The notes under the pieces were generated by a model. That model was given only the letters and a program-made list of their open reading frames with translations. It was not told the origin of the DNA and did not search any database. The position numbers and the translations under genes were made by a program. A stretch of DNA of 45,664 bases from NCBI GenBank assembly GCA_041572575.1, contig JBFFSH010000013.1:1-45664 (forward strand), written 5' to 3'. The stretch is from Thermodesulfobacteriota bacterium (lineage in GTDB: Bacteria > Desulfobacterota_D > UBA1144 > Nemesobacterales > N074bin48). Shown piece by piece: positions 8,867 through 17,812 of this stretch (positions are counted from its first letter, which is position 1; the number at the start of each line of letters is the position of its first letter).

Positions 8867-9368
8867 AAACACAAAAGACAGAATAATATTAACAGTAGAC
8901 AGCGTAAGAGAAACATTACAAATAGGAGAGATAATAGGACGCACAGCACAGCAAGGTACAATAATCGCTCTAAATGGTGATCTTGGAGCAGGAAAAACAG
9001 TCCTTGTAAAAGGTATTGCTAAAGGATTAGAAATAGAAGAAGAACCAAACAGCCCAACGTTTGTAATTTTGCAAACCTACAGCGGAAAACACCCATTATA
9101 CCATTTTGACTTTTACAGGTTGTCATCAGCAAGCGAACTGGATGACTTAAACTTTGAAGACTTTTTTTATGGCCAGGGGGTAACTGTAGTAGAATGGGCA
9201 GAACGTATAAGTGAGGTTTTTCCGCAATATTCAATAAATATAGATATTGAGATACCAGATGAAAGCAATAATGACGGCCCTGTGCAAAGCAGAAACATTA
9301 CAATAAAAGGCGAAGAAAAATGGCTCTTATCGTTCAGAAATACGGTGGAACAAGCGTTGCAAACATAG
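8856..9368 (+). CDS. tsaE: tRNA t6A37 biosynthesis ATPase TsaE (YjeE)
   Basis: P-loop GDLGAGKTVLVKGIAKGL and conserved position downstream of nnr. GTG start overlapping the nnr end. The exact start is uncertain. Confidence 0.8.
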   Translation: MYIENTKDRIILTVDSVRETLQIGEIIGRTAQQGTIIALNGDLGAGKTVLVKGIAKGLEIEEEPNSPTFVILQTYSGKHPLYHFDFYRLSSASELDDLNFEDFFYGQGVTVVEWAERISEVFPQYSINIDIEIPDESNNDGPVQSRNITIKGEEKWLLSFRNTVEQALQT

Positions 9369-10555
9369 ACAAGATCAGATGGGTTGCAAAGCATATTGTA
9401 AACACTAAAAATAAAGGCAATAAAGTTGTAGCCGTTGTATCGGCCATGGCAGGAGAAACCGACAGACTTGTACAGCTTGCCCTGTCCGTTATGGACCCTC
9501 CGGATGAAAGGGAGTTTGATGTTATTACATCAAGCGGTGAGCAGGTATCGTCTGGCATGGTAGCAATGATGGTAAAATCTATGGGTGAAGATGCTGTTTC
9601 GTATCAGGGTCATCAGATAAGAATATTAACCAATAAATCCTATTCCAAAGCAAAGATTGTAAAAATTGACGATTCAAGTGTAAAAAAGGCTCTTAAGAAA
9701 GGTCAGATTGTAATAGTTGCCGGATTTCAGGGTGTGGATGAAGAAAACAATGTAACAACCCTTGGCAGAGGCGGTTCGGACCTTACGGCAGTGGCATTGG
9801 CCTCTGTTCTAAATGCAGACAGCTGTGAACTCTATAAAGACGACGTTGATGGTGTTTACACGTCTGATCCCGGGATGGTTAGCAGTGCTAAGAAACTTGG
9901 CAAAATTTCATACGAAGAAATGCTTGAGATGTCGAGTCTTGGATCTAAAGTGCTTCAGGCAAGAGCCGTGCAGTTTGCAAAGCAGTTTAAGGTACCCTTA
10001 CATGTAAAACCAACAGCAAACCCCGATGCCGAAGGCACATGGGTTTTGGAGGAAAAAAAAGCAATGCAGGATATGGAACAGACTTTAATTTCTGGAGTAA
10101 CATACGATAAAAATCAGGCAAAGATCACTCTTGCCCATGTACCCGATAAGCCCGGAGTTGCAGCAACAATATTTAACGAGATCGGAGAAAACGAGATAGT
10201 GGTGGATATGATTGTTCAGAACATAAGCACGGAAGGCTTTACAGACATGACTTTTACAGTGCCTAAAACGGATTTTAAGAAAACATTGGCACTTACAAAG
10301 AAACTTGTAAAAGAATTAGGCGTAAAAAAAATAGTATCTGATAATAAAATCGCGAAAATATCACTTGTAGGTGTTGGGATGAAAACACACTCCGGTGTAG
10401 CATCCAAAATGTTTACAGCCCTTGCAGATGAGGGTATAAACATTATGATGATAAGCACTTCGGAGATTAAAATTTCATGTGTGATAGAAGAAAAATATAC
10501 TGAGCTTGCCGTAAGAACGCTGCACGACGCATTTAACCTTGGAGATAAGAAATGA
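9320..10555 (+). CDS. lysC: aspartate kinase
   Basis: [14 protein letters not shown]-terminus of the amino-acid kinase fold, followed by tandem ACT domains. 411 aa. Confidence 0.93.
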   Translation: MALIVQKYGGTSVANIDKIRWVAKHIVNTKNKGNKVVAVVSAMAGETDRLVQLALSVMDPPDEREFDVITSSGEQVSSGMVAMMVKSMGEDAVSYQGHQIRILTNKSYSKAKIVKIDDSSVKKALKKGQIVIVAGFQGVDEENNVTTLGRGGSDLTAVALASVLNADSCELYKDDVDGVYTSDPGMVSSAKKLGKISYEEMLEMSSLGSKVLQARAVQFAKQFKVPLHVKPTANPDAEGTWVLEEKKAMQDMEQTLISGVTYDKNQAKITLAHVPDKPGVAATIFNEIGENEIVVDMIVQNISTEGFTDMTFTVPKTDFKKTLALTKKLVKELGVKKIVSDNKIAKISLVGVGMKTHSGVASKMFTALADEGINIMMISTSEIKISCVIEEKYTELAVRTLHDAFNLGDKK

Positions 10556-12153
10556 GCAAAAGAGTTGTAAACATTTATGACGTTACACTAAGAGACGGAA
10601 CGCAGGGAGAGGATATTGCCTTTTCCATAAATGATAAGATCAGGATTGCACACAGACTCGACGACCTTGGTGTGCATTACATCGAAGGCGGCTGGCCTGG
10701 CTCAAATGACAGGGATGAAGGATTTTTTGAAGAAGCCAAGAAATTAAAGCTAAAACACGCAAAGTTTGCAGCTTTTGGAAGCACCAGAAGAGCTAAAGTT
10801 ACATGCAGCAAGGACGGGAATATTCAGGCGTTATTGAAAGCACAGACCCCGGTTGTCACTATTGTGGGTAAGAGCTGGGACTTTCATGTAAAAGAAGCGC
10901 TCAAAATTTCATATGAGGAAAACCTCGATCTGGTTAATGATTCCGTAAAGTACCTGAAAAAACGAGTTGATGAAGTATTTTTTGATGCCGAGCATTTTTT
11001 TGACGGCTATAAGAATAACCCAGATTATACCGTGCAGGTATTAAAGGCCGCTCTTGATGCAGGAGTGGATTCTCTAGTGCTTTGTGATACAAACGGGGGC
11101 ACACTTCCATGGGAAGTCGAAGAGATAATAAATGAAGTAAATGAAAAACTGGATAATCCTCCTCTTGGTATTCACACTCATAATGACAGTGAAGTCGGAG
11201 TAGCAAATGCGCTGTATGCAGTAAGAGCCGGAGCTTCTCAGGTGCAGGGAACAATGAACGGTTATGGCGAGAGATGCGGCAATTCCAATCTTTGCTCCAT
11301 AATTCCAAACATTCAGCTAAAGCTTGGATTTAAATGCCTGCAGGATGATCTTAAAAAGCTTTATGATACTTCGCATTTCATTCATGAACTCACCAACCTG
11401 CCCCCCATAAAGAACAGGGCATTTGTAGGAGAAAGCGCTTTTGCACATAAAGGCGGCCTGCATGTGAGTGCTGTGATGAAAAATTCACAGACCTATGAAC
11501 ATATAGACCCTGAGATTGTAGGAAACCATAGAAGAGTGCTAATCTCCGATCTATCTGGCAGAAGCAATATACTATATAAAACAAAAGAGCTTGGGATTAA
11601 TATTAAATCAGACAATCCAAAGATTCCAAACATTCTCTCTAATCTTAAAACCCTTGAGAATCAGGGTTATGAGTTTGAAGGTGCCGACGCTTCTTTTGAG
11701 ATACTGGTAAAGAAATCCATCGACAAATTCAACAAGCACTTTGATCTCATTAGCGCAAGAACCATCTCAGAGAAAAGAGAAGAAGATGAAGATTCTCTTG
11801 CCGAGGCTACAGTAATAGTAAAAGTAGACGGAGTAACAGAACATACCGCTGCAATAGGAAACGGCCCCGTAAATGCGCTTGATACCGCATTTAGAAAAGC
11901 CCTTGAAAAATTCTACCCCTCTCTAAAAGAAGTAAAGCTTCTCGATTATCGTGTAAGAGTGGTATCAACCAAACAGGGTACGGAATCCGTAGTGCGTGTT
12001 CTTATAGAATCCGGAGATAAAGACAGCAGATGGAGTACCGTGGGAGTTTCTGAAAATATAGTAGAAGCAAGCTGGAAAGCCCTTGTAGACAGCATCGAAT
12101 ATAAGCTTATGAAAGATGACGACAAGAAGGCTAAGAAGGTTAAGAGGAAATAG
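10552..12153 (+). CDS. cimA: (R)-citramalate synthase (LeuA-related, TIGR00977 type)
   Basis: [14 protein letters not shown] ... [14 protein letters not shown] signature of CimA-type synthases plus a C-terminal LeuA-dimer regulatory domain. ATGA-coupled to lysC. Confidence 0.88.
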   Translation: MSKRVVNIYDVTLRDGTQGEDIAFSINDKIRIAHRLDDLGVHYIEGGWPGSNDRDEGFFEEAKKLKLKHAKFAAFGSTRRAKVTCSKDGNIQALLKAQTPVVTIVGKSWDFHVKEALKISYEENLDLVNDSVKYLKKRVDEVFFDAEHFFDGYKNNPDYTVQVLKAALDAGVDSLVLCDTNGGTLPWEVEEIINEVNEKLDNPPLGIHTHNDSEVGVANALYAVRAGASQVQGTMNGYGERCGNSNLCSIIPNIQLKLGFKCLQDDLKKLYDTSHFIHELTNLPPIKNRAFVGESAFAHKGGLHVSAVMKNSQTYEHIDPEIVGNHRRVLISDLSGRSNILYKTKELGINIKSDNPKIPNILSNLKTLENQGYEFEGADASFEILVKKSIDKFNKHFDLISARTISEKREEDEDSLAEATVIVKVDGVTEHTAAIGNGPVNALDTAFRKALEKFYPSLKEVKLLDYRVRVVSTKQGTESVVRVLIESGDKDSRWSTVGVSENIVEASWKALVDSIEYKLMKDDDKKAKKVKRK

Positions 12154-12528
12154 TTAGTTCCAGTCAAACCAATCGAAAATGCCTGCCCAGTTAATATCCG
12201 GGAAATCAAGCCAGGACAGATCTAAATCCAAGAATGATGATGCAGATAACCCGGAAACTTCTGAAAGTAGTTCAGTTTTCATAGAGGCATAATCACATAC
12301 TTCACCAAGCTGCTCATGAATAAGATCAAACTCTTCATGTGTACAAAAAAAGCAGTATGCCCAGCAGTACCAATCAATGGGGTAACCGTTATATCTTGCT
12401 ACATTTCTTATTTCATTCTGTGAGTAGTATTTCTTTTTACCATATCGATTTGTAAGGCTCTTTGCCATATCATCTATAAAGGCTTTTTTATCATCCGGCT
12501 TAATGTTGCATGTGACCATAACTGACAC
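12154..12528 (-). CDS. hypothetical 124-aa protein (aromatic/Cys core, W-rich acidic tail); last gene of the psp-flotillin operon
   Basis: GGAGG RBS at correct spacing (plus-strand 12531..12535). Core YNGYPIDWYCWAYCFFCTHEEF and tail LDLDLSWLDFPDINWAGIFDWFDWN. No family recognised. Confidence 0.6.
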   Translation of the reverse strand: MSVMVTCNIKPDDKKAFIDDMAKSLTNRYGKKKYYSQNEIRNVARYNGYPIDWYCWAYCFFCTHEEFDLIHEQLGEVCDYASMKTELLSEVSGLSASSFLDLDLSWLDFPDINWAGIFDWFDWN

Positions 12529-12539
12529 CTCCTATATTA

Positions 12540-12577
12540 AAACTAAAGCCCCTTAATCTTCTAAGAGGCTTTAGTTT
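12540..12577 (-). other. intercistronic RNA hairpin (11-bp perfect stem AAACTAAAGCC / GGCTTTAGTTT, 16-nt loop) between flotillin and the 124-aa ORF
   Basis: Seen directly. No U-tract follows on the coding (minus) strand, so it is not a classic terminator. It sits immediately 5' of the downstream RBS. Confidence 0.5.
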
Positions 12578-12592
12578 ATGATTTATTCAGGA

Positions 12593-13990
12593 CTATCTGT
12601 CTGTTTTTGTATCATGCTGTTTAGTTTGTGTATCATCCGGCTCAGAATGCACATGGTCTTCAAAATCTGATTCAGGTGGATTAGTTACCACTTTTTTTAC
12701 CGGTCTTGAGGGAGCTTTATGTGTTATGGAGTATTTGGGTTTAGACTCATCCTTTTGTACTTCTTTCGGACTGCCTGTAAACTGACTTAAAATGTTAACA
12801 CCCGTTGCATTCTCGATCTGTTCAATGAATGATAGAACTGCTACCGGCATCTGATTAACTGCTTTTCCAAGCCCGCTTCCGTTTCCGTTAAAGCCACCCC
12901 CTGCATCAATTACACTTAATTTATCAACCTTTACTTCACCTACTGTGTTAACTATCTGCGAAATGATTTCAGGAAGCATATTGAGCATAAACACTTTTTC
13001 GCCCTCACCGTCTGCACTCTTATATGTTGCTATCATTTCATTTAAAACTTCGAGATTTGCTTTACCAGTCTCAAGGATTGGAGCAGCCTGACCTTTAGCC
13101 TCAAGCTCCATAGCTTCTTTTTGTGCTCTTGCGGGTTCGATTACATCAGCAGTAAGTCTTTTTTGCTGAAGTATAATTCTTTCATGCTCCATAGCCTGTT
13201 CATACTCGGCTCTGGCTTTTTCTCTCGCTACGCTTGCCTCTTCTTCCTTTACTACGGCAACCTTATCAAGCTCTGCCTTTATCACCCTGAGATTATTATT
13301 TTCTTGCTCAATTTTCTGGCCTGCAAGTGCTTCTCGCACCTTTACTTCTCTATCGGTATTAATCTGAGCTGTCTGAATCTCCTGAGCAGCTTCTGCCTTT
13401 GCAACCTCTGCCCTGCTGTGAGATGCGGCATCTGATACATTTTGAATTTTGAGGGTATCGAGCTGAAGCCCAAGCTGTCTTAAGTCATTATCGGCTTCGG
13501 ATATCAGACTCTCAGCAAATTTGAGCCTGTCTTCATTTACCTCTTCAGGGGTTAAAGTCGCAAGCACTCCCCTTAAGTTTCCTTCAAGAGTATCCTTAGC
13601 GATCCTGTGAACCTCGGATTGCGGCTTGTCCAAAAATCTTTCCACCGCATTTCCAAACGTAGGCTCCGATGAATCGACCTTTACGTTTGCAATAGCCTCT
13701 ACCTTAAGAGGTATACCGCCTTTCGAATACGCATTGTCAACTTTTAATTCAAGAGGGATAGTCTCCAGTGACATTCGCGCCGCTTTTTCAACCATTGGTA
13801 TCCTAAGTGCCCTGCCCCCTCTGATTATCCTGTAACCTACTATAGATCCATCCTTTAATCTTCTTGACCGTCCGGACAATACTATTACTTCATTTGGATG
13901 ACAAATCAGTAAAAACTGACTTACCACAATAGTTATTATGAATACTGCAATAATACCGATTACAATTATCGTTCCTATAAAACTAAGCAT
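12593..13990 (-). CDS. flotillin / SPFH (band 7) family protein, YqiK-like
   Basis: N-terminal TM helix, SPFH domain, then a long EA-rich coiled coil (AEVAKAEAAQEIQTAQ...). AAAGGGGG RBS. Confidence 0.88.
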   Translation of the reverse strand: MLSFIGTIIVIGIIAVFIITIVVSQFLLICHPNEVIVLSGRSRRLKDGSIVGYRIIRGGRALRIPMVEKAARMSLETIPLELKVDNAYSKGGIPLKVEAIANVKVDSSEPTFGNAVERFLDKPQSEVHRIAKDTLEGNLRGVLATLTPEEVNEDRLKFAESLISEADNDLRQLGLQLDTLKIQNVSDAASHSRAEVAKAEAAQEIQTAQINTDREVKVREALAGQKIEQENNNLRVIKAELDKVAVVKEEEASVAREKARAEYEQAMEHERIILQQKRLTADVIEPARAQKEAMELEAKGQAAPILETGKANLEVLNEMIATYKSADGEGEKVFMLNMLPEIISQIVNTVGEVKVDKLSVIDAGGGFNGNGSGLGKAVNQMPVAVLSFIEQIENATGVNILSQFTGSPKEVQKDESKPKYSITHKAPSRPVKKVVTNPPESDFEDHVHSEPDDTQTKQHDTKTDR

Positions 13991-14005
13991 AATATAAACC
14001 CCCTT

Positions 14006-14602
14006 TTATGAATTTATAAACTCCTTTTCTCCCACATAGGCAGTCCCGCCCTCAATCTTTACAATCACAACCTCATCTCCGGACTTAAATTCATCCCTTG
14101 TGGATTCATCTGCTACCATGGCTAATATTTGTATCAACTGCTCATCAGTAGTTACGGATATTTTGCCCTGACTGTTTTTTGTTACTGAAACAAGCACCTT
14201 TGCATTATGGCCAACTAACTGTGATAAGCTTTTTCCCTCCCCAACCTCAGTTCTTTTAAGGTAGCTGAGGGCCTTATGACCAACAAACGCTGTAAACAAT
14301 CCCATAAGTACTGACGATGCAACTGTTAAATACTGTTCTGTCTTTAAATAGGTAAGCACAGTGCCCGTAAAACCAAAGAAGGCTACAAAGAATATTATGT
14401 TTCTTAGACTTAGAAACTTTACAGCTTCTACTGCACCTTCTCCATGAGCATTTGAGCCAATATCCGAATCAAGATCAGCATCTATATCGACATCCACATC
14501 AGTATTTATTTCTATATCGGCATCTGTATCCATACCTGTAAAAATAGATACGAGCAGAAAAATAAATCCCAGTATAAAACAAGCTATATATACTTTTTCC
14601 AT
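14006..14602 (-). CDS. YqiJ/NfeD-like membrane protein (flotillin partner) with C-terminal OB-fold
   Basis: TM helix, acidic D-x-D loop (DTDADIEINTDVDVDIDADLDSD), two further TM helices and a C-terminal beta-rich NfeD-like region. Directly upstream of the flotillin gene, as for E. coli yqiJK. Confidence 0.75.
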   Translation of the reverse strand: MEKVYIACFILGFIFLLVSIFTGMDTDADIEINTDVDVDIDADLDSDIGSNAHGEGAVEAVKFLSLRNIIFFVAFFGFTGTVLTYLKTEQYLTVASSVLMGLFTAFVGHKALSYLKRTEVGEGKSLSQLVGHNAKVLVSVTKNSQGKISVTTDEQLIQILAMVADESTRDEFKSGDEVVIVKIEGGTAYVGEKEFINS

Positions 14603-14614
14603 GATAGTCAGCGT

Positions 14615-15322
14615 TTAATTGGTTTTATTTAAATCCTTTTTTAATCTGTCCAGTTCTTCATTTACTGAATTTTCTTCAGCAAGACTTTGCAGATCTAACT
14701 CTTTTTTAATTTCCAGCTCCAGCACTTCTTTTTCAGCCTCTGCCTGTGATTCAATCTTTATTATTTCATTTTCAATTGAATCTACATCTGTTATTGATCT
14801 TTCAATATCATCAATAAAGCTTTTTACATCAGACACTATTTCCGATGATTTTTTTGCAGCCTTCTGTGTTCTGAGAGCGGCCTCTGCTGAGCGTTTCCTT
14901 CTGATAAGCTCTTCTTTTTTTCTTCTTACTTCCTGAGCCCTGTCTTCAAGACGAACCAGATCACTTTTTAGTTGTGCAGAAAGATTTACACTACTCTTGT
15001 GTTCTTTTGTAAGATTGTCCCTGGTCTTCTCGGTACGAAGCTTCTTTTTTAATACCTCTCTGGCCAATGCTTCTTCATCTTTTTCCAGAGCTAGCCTGGC
15101 TTTACTCTCAAGATCAATTATCAAATCGACTGTAGAAGATAGTTGTTTTTCAAGCTGTTTTTCATTAGCAACAGCTTTAACAGTTTCTCTTCTAAGCTCA
15201 ACTATGCTTTCTTCTATATCCCTTATAAGCTGTTTAACCATAACCTCAGGGTCCTCAGCTTCATCGAGCAAACTGTTTATGTTTGCCGTGATTAATTTTG
15301 AAATTCTTGCAAGCAGTTTCAT
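14615..15322 (-). CDS. pspA: phage shock protein A (PspA/IM30 family)
   Basis: 235 aa. N-terminal region aligns to E. coli PspA (ANINSLLDEAEDPEVMVKQLIRDIEESIVELR) and the rest is coiled coil. GGAGG RBS 7 nt upstream. Confidence 0.92.
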   Translation of the reverse strand: MKLLARISKLITANINSLLDEAEDPEVMVKQLIRDIEESIVELRRETVKAVANEKQLEKQLSSTVDLIIDLESKARLALEKDEEALAREVLKKKLRTEKTRDNLTKEHKSSVNLSAQLKSDLVRLEDRAQEVRRKKEELIRRKRSAEAALRTQKAAKKSSEIVSDVKSFIDDIERSITDVDSIENEIIKIESQAEAEKEVLELEIKKELDLQSLAEENSVNEELDRLKKDLNKTN

Positions 15323-15364
15323 GTCATACCTCCTGACACTGTATTTTTTATTGCAAGAATATAT

Positions 15365-15380
15365 AGCAACAGATATGCCA
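15365..15380 (-). promoter_or_regulatory. sigma-54 (-24/-12) promoter for pspA: TGGCAT-atctg-TTGCT
   Basis: Minus-strand reading of 15365..15380 is TGGCATATCTGTTGCT, matching TGGCAC-N5-TTGCW with exact GG-N10-GC spacing. It lies 43 nt upstream of the pspA ATG and downstream of the pspF stop. Confidence 0.75.
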
Positions 15381-15443
15381 GTGGTAACTATCTGTAATTA
15401 TTGATATTTCGGTTTGGCCCTGGATTATAAAACACCAACCGAT

Positions 15444-15467
15444 GGTGAATTACACCAACAATTCACC
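15444..15467. promoter_or_regulatory. perfect palindrome GGTGAATT-N8-AATTCACC overlapping the pspF stop, about 77 bp upstream of the -24 element; candidate PspF enhancer (UAS)
   Basis: Seen directly. The position is appropriate for a bEBP upstream activating sequence. Not followed by a U-tract on the coding strand. Confidence 0.4.
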
Positions 15468-16418
15468 TAGGTTGAATTTTTTGTAGTAGTGTCTGAACTG
15501 ATCATAAGTCATACCCAGTTTAGCCGCGGCTTCTCTTTGGTTTCCAAGACAGTCCTTAAGTGTGGTTAATAGAATTGTTTTTTTAAATGCTTTTGTTCTG
15601 CCATAAAAACTACCGTCTAATGGCTCCAGTGAGGTTATTTCTATTGGCAATTCCGATGCACATATAACTCCGTCTATATCCGATATATATAACCTCTCGA
15701 CTATATTTTTGAGTTCCCTGATGTTTCCCGGCCAGTGATATTCTTTTAAAACTTTTACAGCTGCCTTGGTAAAACTCTTTATCTCCAAATCAGGCATTTC
15801 CTGATGGAGCTGATCTATAAAGTGTTTTAGTAATAGAGGTATATCATCCCTTCTTTTTCTAAGTGGTGGAACCACGAGTACAGCAAACGAGAGCCTGTCA
15901 TATAAATCTGGAAGGAACTCACCGTTTTCCATCATTTCTTCGAGTGGAGCATTGGTTGCGGCGATCACTCTTACATCAACTTCTATTTTCTTTGTACCGC
16001 CAAGCCTGTTAAATGACTGATACTCTATTACCCTTAGTAGTTTTTCCTGCACTTTTATCGACATGTTGGCAACTTCGTCAAGAAAGAAAGTACCTTTGTT
16101 TGCAAGCTCAAATTTTCCAATCTTGGTACCATCTGCACCTGTAAAAGCGCCCTTTTCATGGCCAAACATATCTGCTATGAACAGGTCTTCCTGAAATGCC
16201 GCACAGTTTACAATAACATAGGGATACTCTGATCGGTTACTAATTGCATGAATATAATGAGCAAGCAGTTCTTTGCCTGTACCCCTTTCCCCTCTAACTA
16301 GTATAGGTCTGGGAACACTGGCGTAGGTTTCAGCCTGCCTGATGATATCCAAAAATTCAGAGCTGCTGCCGACTCCTGGTTTATAATTATTATCTGTCCC
16401 TTGTATGTTAACAGACAT
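15450..16418 (-). CDS. pspF: sigma-54-dependent transcriptional activator, PspF-like (AAA+ plus Fis-type HTH, no receiver domain)
   Basis: Walker A GERGTGKE, the GAFTGA-containing AAA+ sigma-54 interaction domain, and a C-terminal HTH (REAAAKLGMTYDQFRHYYKK). Confidence 0.88.
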   Translation of the reverse strand: MSVNIQGTDNNYKPGVGSSSEFLDIIRQAETYASVPRPILVRGERGTGKELLAHYIHAISNRSEYPYVIVNCAAFQEDLFIADMFGHEKGAFTGADGTKIGKFELANKGTFFLDEVANMSIKVQEKLLRVIEYQSFNRLGGTKKIEVDVRVIAATNAPLEEMMENGEFLPDLYDRLSFAVLVVPPLRKRRDDIPLLLKHFIDQLHQEMPDLEIKSFTKAAVKVLKEYHWPGNIRELKNIVERLYISDIDGVICASELPIEITSLEPLDGSFYGRTKAFKKTILLTTLKDCLGNQREAAAKLGMTYDQFRHYYKKFNLGELLV

Positions 16419-16596
16419 TTACTTCCGACCCCCAATTAAACAATATTAATCATTTTTAATATAAGTTACAACAGTAATTTTTAAAGACCTTAATTACATC
16501 TATATAAAAATAAACTATTGATCTAGCTGTGCTGGCTGTGATAGAATGAAGAATTGGAATATCTAAATTAGATCTATATATTAATGGAGTTAGGGC

Positions 16597-16974
16597 ATGG
16601 ATAACAAAGAAGTAGACATCCTTGAGATGTTCAAACTTTCAAACAGGTACGATGTTTTTGAACCAGGAGATATTATTTTTGATAAAGGTTCAGACGGTGG
16701 AATCATGTTTATTATATTAGAAGGTGAAATAGAAATACAGGTTGACGGATTTGCAGTAGGTAAATTGTTTGAAGGACAAATACTAGGAGAGATGGCACTT
16801 GTAGAAGACCAGCCACGAAGCGCCACTGCCATTGCTATAACACATACTAAAATAGTTCCAATTAACAGAGAGACTTTTCTCTTAATAGTAAAAGAAGAAC
16901 CGCTGTTTGCACTCTTTGTAATGAAAGACCTTTCACATAAGATCAGGGTTTTAAACCAGCGATTAACTAATTGA
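16597..16974 (+). CDS. stand-alone cyclic-nucleotide-binding (cNMP/CAP-effector) domain protein, no DNA-binding domain
   Basis: 125 aa with the beta-roll motif FEGQILGEMALVEDQPRSATAIA (G-E ... R-S-A phosphate-binding cassette). Divergent from pspF. Confidence 0.75.
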   Translation: MDNKEVDILEMFKLSNRYDVFEPGDIIFDKGSDGGIMFIILEGEIEIQVDGFAVGKLFEGQILGEMALVEDQPRSATAIAITHTKIVPINRETFLLIVKEEPLFALFVMKDLSHKIRVLNQRLTN

Positions 16975-17136
16975 TCGCACTTTGTTATTATGTAATACCT
17001 TAACTATATTCTGATCTAACATAGATTTCTTACATTCTTCACATTAATTCAACTTTTCTCATTTTTACTATTTACTGAATCCTGAGCGTATATATACAGT
17101 CTAAATACATATAGTTTGAATTGGAGGTAAAAATAG

Positions 17137-17313
17137 ATGTCATGCAATACAGTTGTTCATGAAGTTGAAGGAAAGCCCGATCATCTTATGCAGTTTTTGG
17201 ATGATTATGATACCGATACGGAACATGAAGCAATAAGCAAACAACATGATTTGCTTATTGAGATTCTTGAAACTTTTCGCGCAGACAAAAGTGTAAGAAA
17301 TACGGAATATTAA
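17137..17313 (+). CDS. small acidic hypothetical protein (58 aa), missed by the >=60-aa ORF track
   Basis: ATG with GGAGG 8 nt upstream (17123..17127). Translation MSCNTVVHEVEGKPDHLMQFLDDYDTDTEHEAISKQHDLLIEILETFRADKSVRNTEY ends at TAA 17311..17313. Confidence 0.45.
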   Translation: MSCNTVVHEVEGKPDHLMQFLDDYDTDTEHEAISKQHDLLIEILETFRADKSVRNTEY

Positions 17314-17355
17314 TTAGCATTGCAGCTTACGAAAAGCCCTTAAATAAAACAGCGA

Positions 17356-17383
17356 TTGACAAAGTAAATTCAATGGTTATTAT
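17356..17383 (+). promoter_or_regulatory. near-consensus sigma-70 promoter (TTGACA-N16/17-TATTAT) giving a roughly 100-nt 5'-UTR for the cold-shock gene
   Basis: TTGACA at 17356..17361 and TATTAT/ATTATA about 17378..17384. A long leader is typical of cspA-family genes. Confidence 0.45.
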
Positions 17384-17494
17384 ATACGTATAGGAAATAG
17401 AGGCGTAGTTCCATTCTAAATTAAGATTCATTTCTAAATTTTTTTCAAGAGCCACCCCCGATGATCCGAGTTTAATTACAGGAGGTATCCCATT

Positions 17495-17707
17495 ATGTCA
17501 GAACGAGTAATTGGCACAGTAAAGTGGTTCAATGCAAGTAAAGGCTTTGGTTTCATAGAGCGTGAAAACGAAAATGATGTATTCGTACATTATAGTGAAA
17601 TTAGCAGTGACGGTTTTCGCAGTCTTGAAGAAGGACAAAGAGTAGAATTTACAGTTGCAGATAATGGCCCAAAAGGCCCACAAGCACAAAATGTAGTTGC
17701 AGTTTAA
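17495..17707 (+). CDS. cspA: cold-shock protein (CspA family)
   Basis: 70 aa with the RNP1/RNP2 motifs KGFGFI and VFVHY. GGAGG RBS. Confidence 0.93.
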   Translation: MSERVIGTVKWFNASKGFGFIERENENDVFVHYSEISSDGFRSLEEGQRVEFTVADNGPKGPQAQNVVAV

Positions 17708-17731
17708 TATCTAAACCATTTAAACTAAAAC

Positions 17732-17767
17732 AAAAAAAAGCCCGGTTTTTATGCCGGGCTTTTTTAT
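17732..17767. terminator. bidirectional rho-independent terminator (A8-GCCCGG-loop-CCGGGC-T6)
   Basis: A-run, 6-bp GC stem (17740..17745 / 17754..17759) and T-run. It serves convergent cspA (+) and the metalloprotease gene (-). Confidence 0.85.
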
Positions 17768-17812
17768 TTCTAAATCCTCTATTTTACTTTTTTAAGCAGT
17801 TCTAAATAAATT

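Noticed and set aside
9300-9330. Lysine riboswitch (L-box) upstream of lysC
   Set aside because: lysC overlaps the 3' end of tsaE, so there is no leader region to hold a riboswitch.
14619-15404. Plus-strand ORFs of 105 and 135 aa (Ser/Phe-rich) antisense to pspA
   Set aside because: Low-complexity translation of the complement of an E/K-rich coiled-coil gene. No RBS, and the minus-strand PspA call is unambiguous.
15323-15449. A classic divergent pspF/pspA sigma-70 plus sigma-54 arrangement as in E. coli
   Set aside because: Both genes are on the minus strand here. Only the sigma-54 element is evident, between the pspF stop and pspA.
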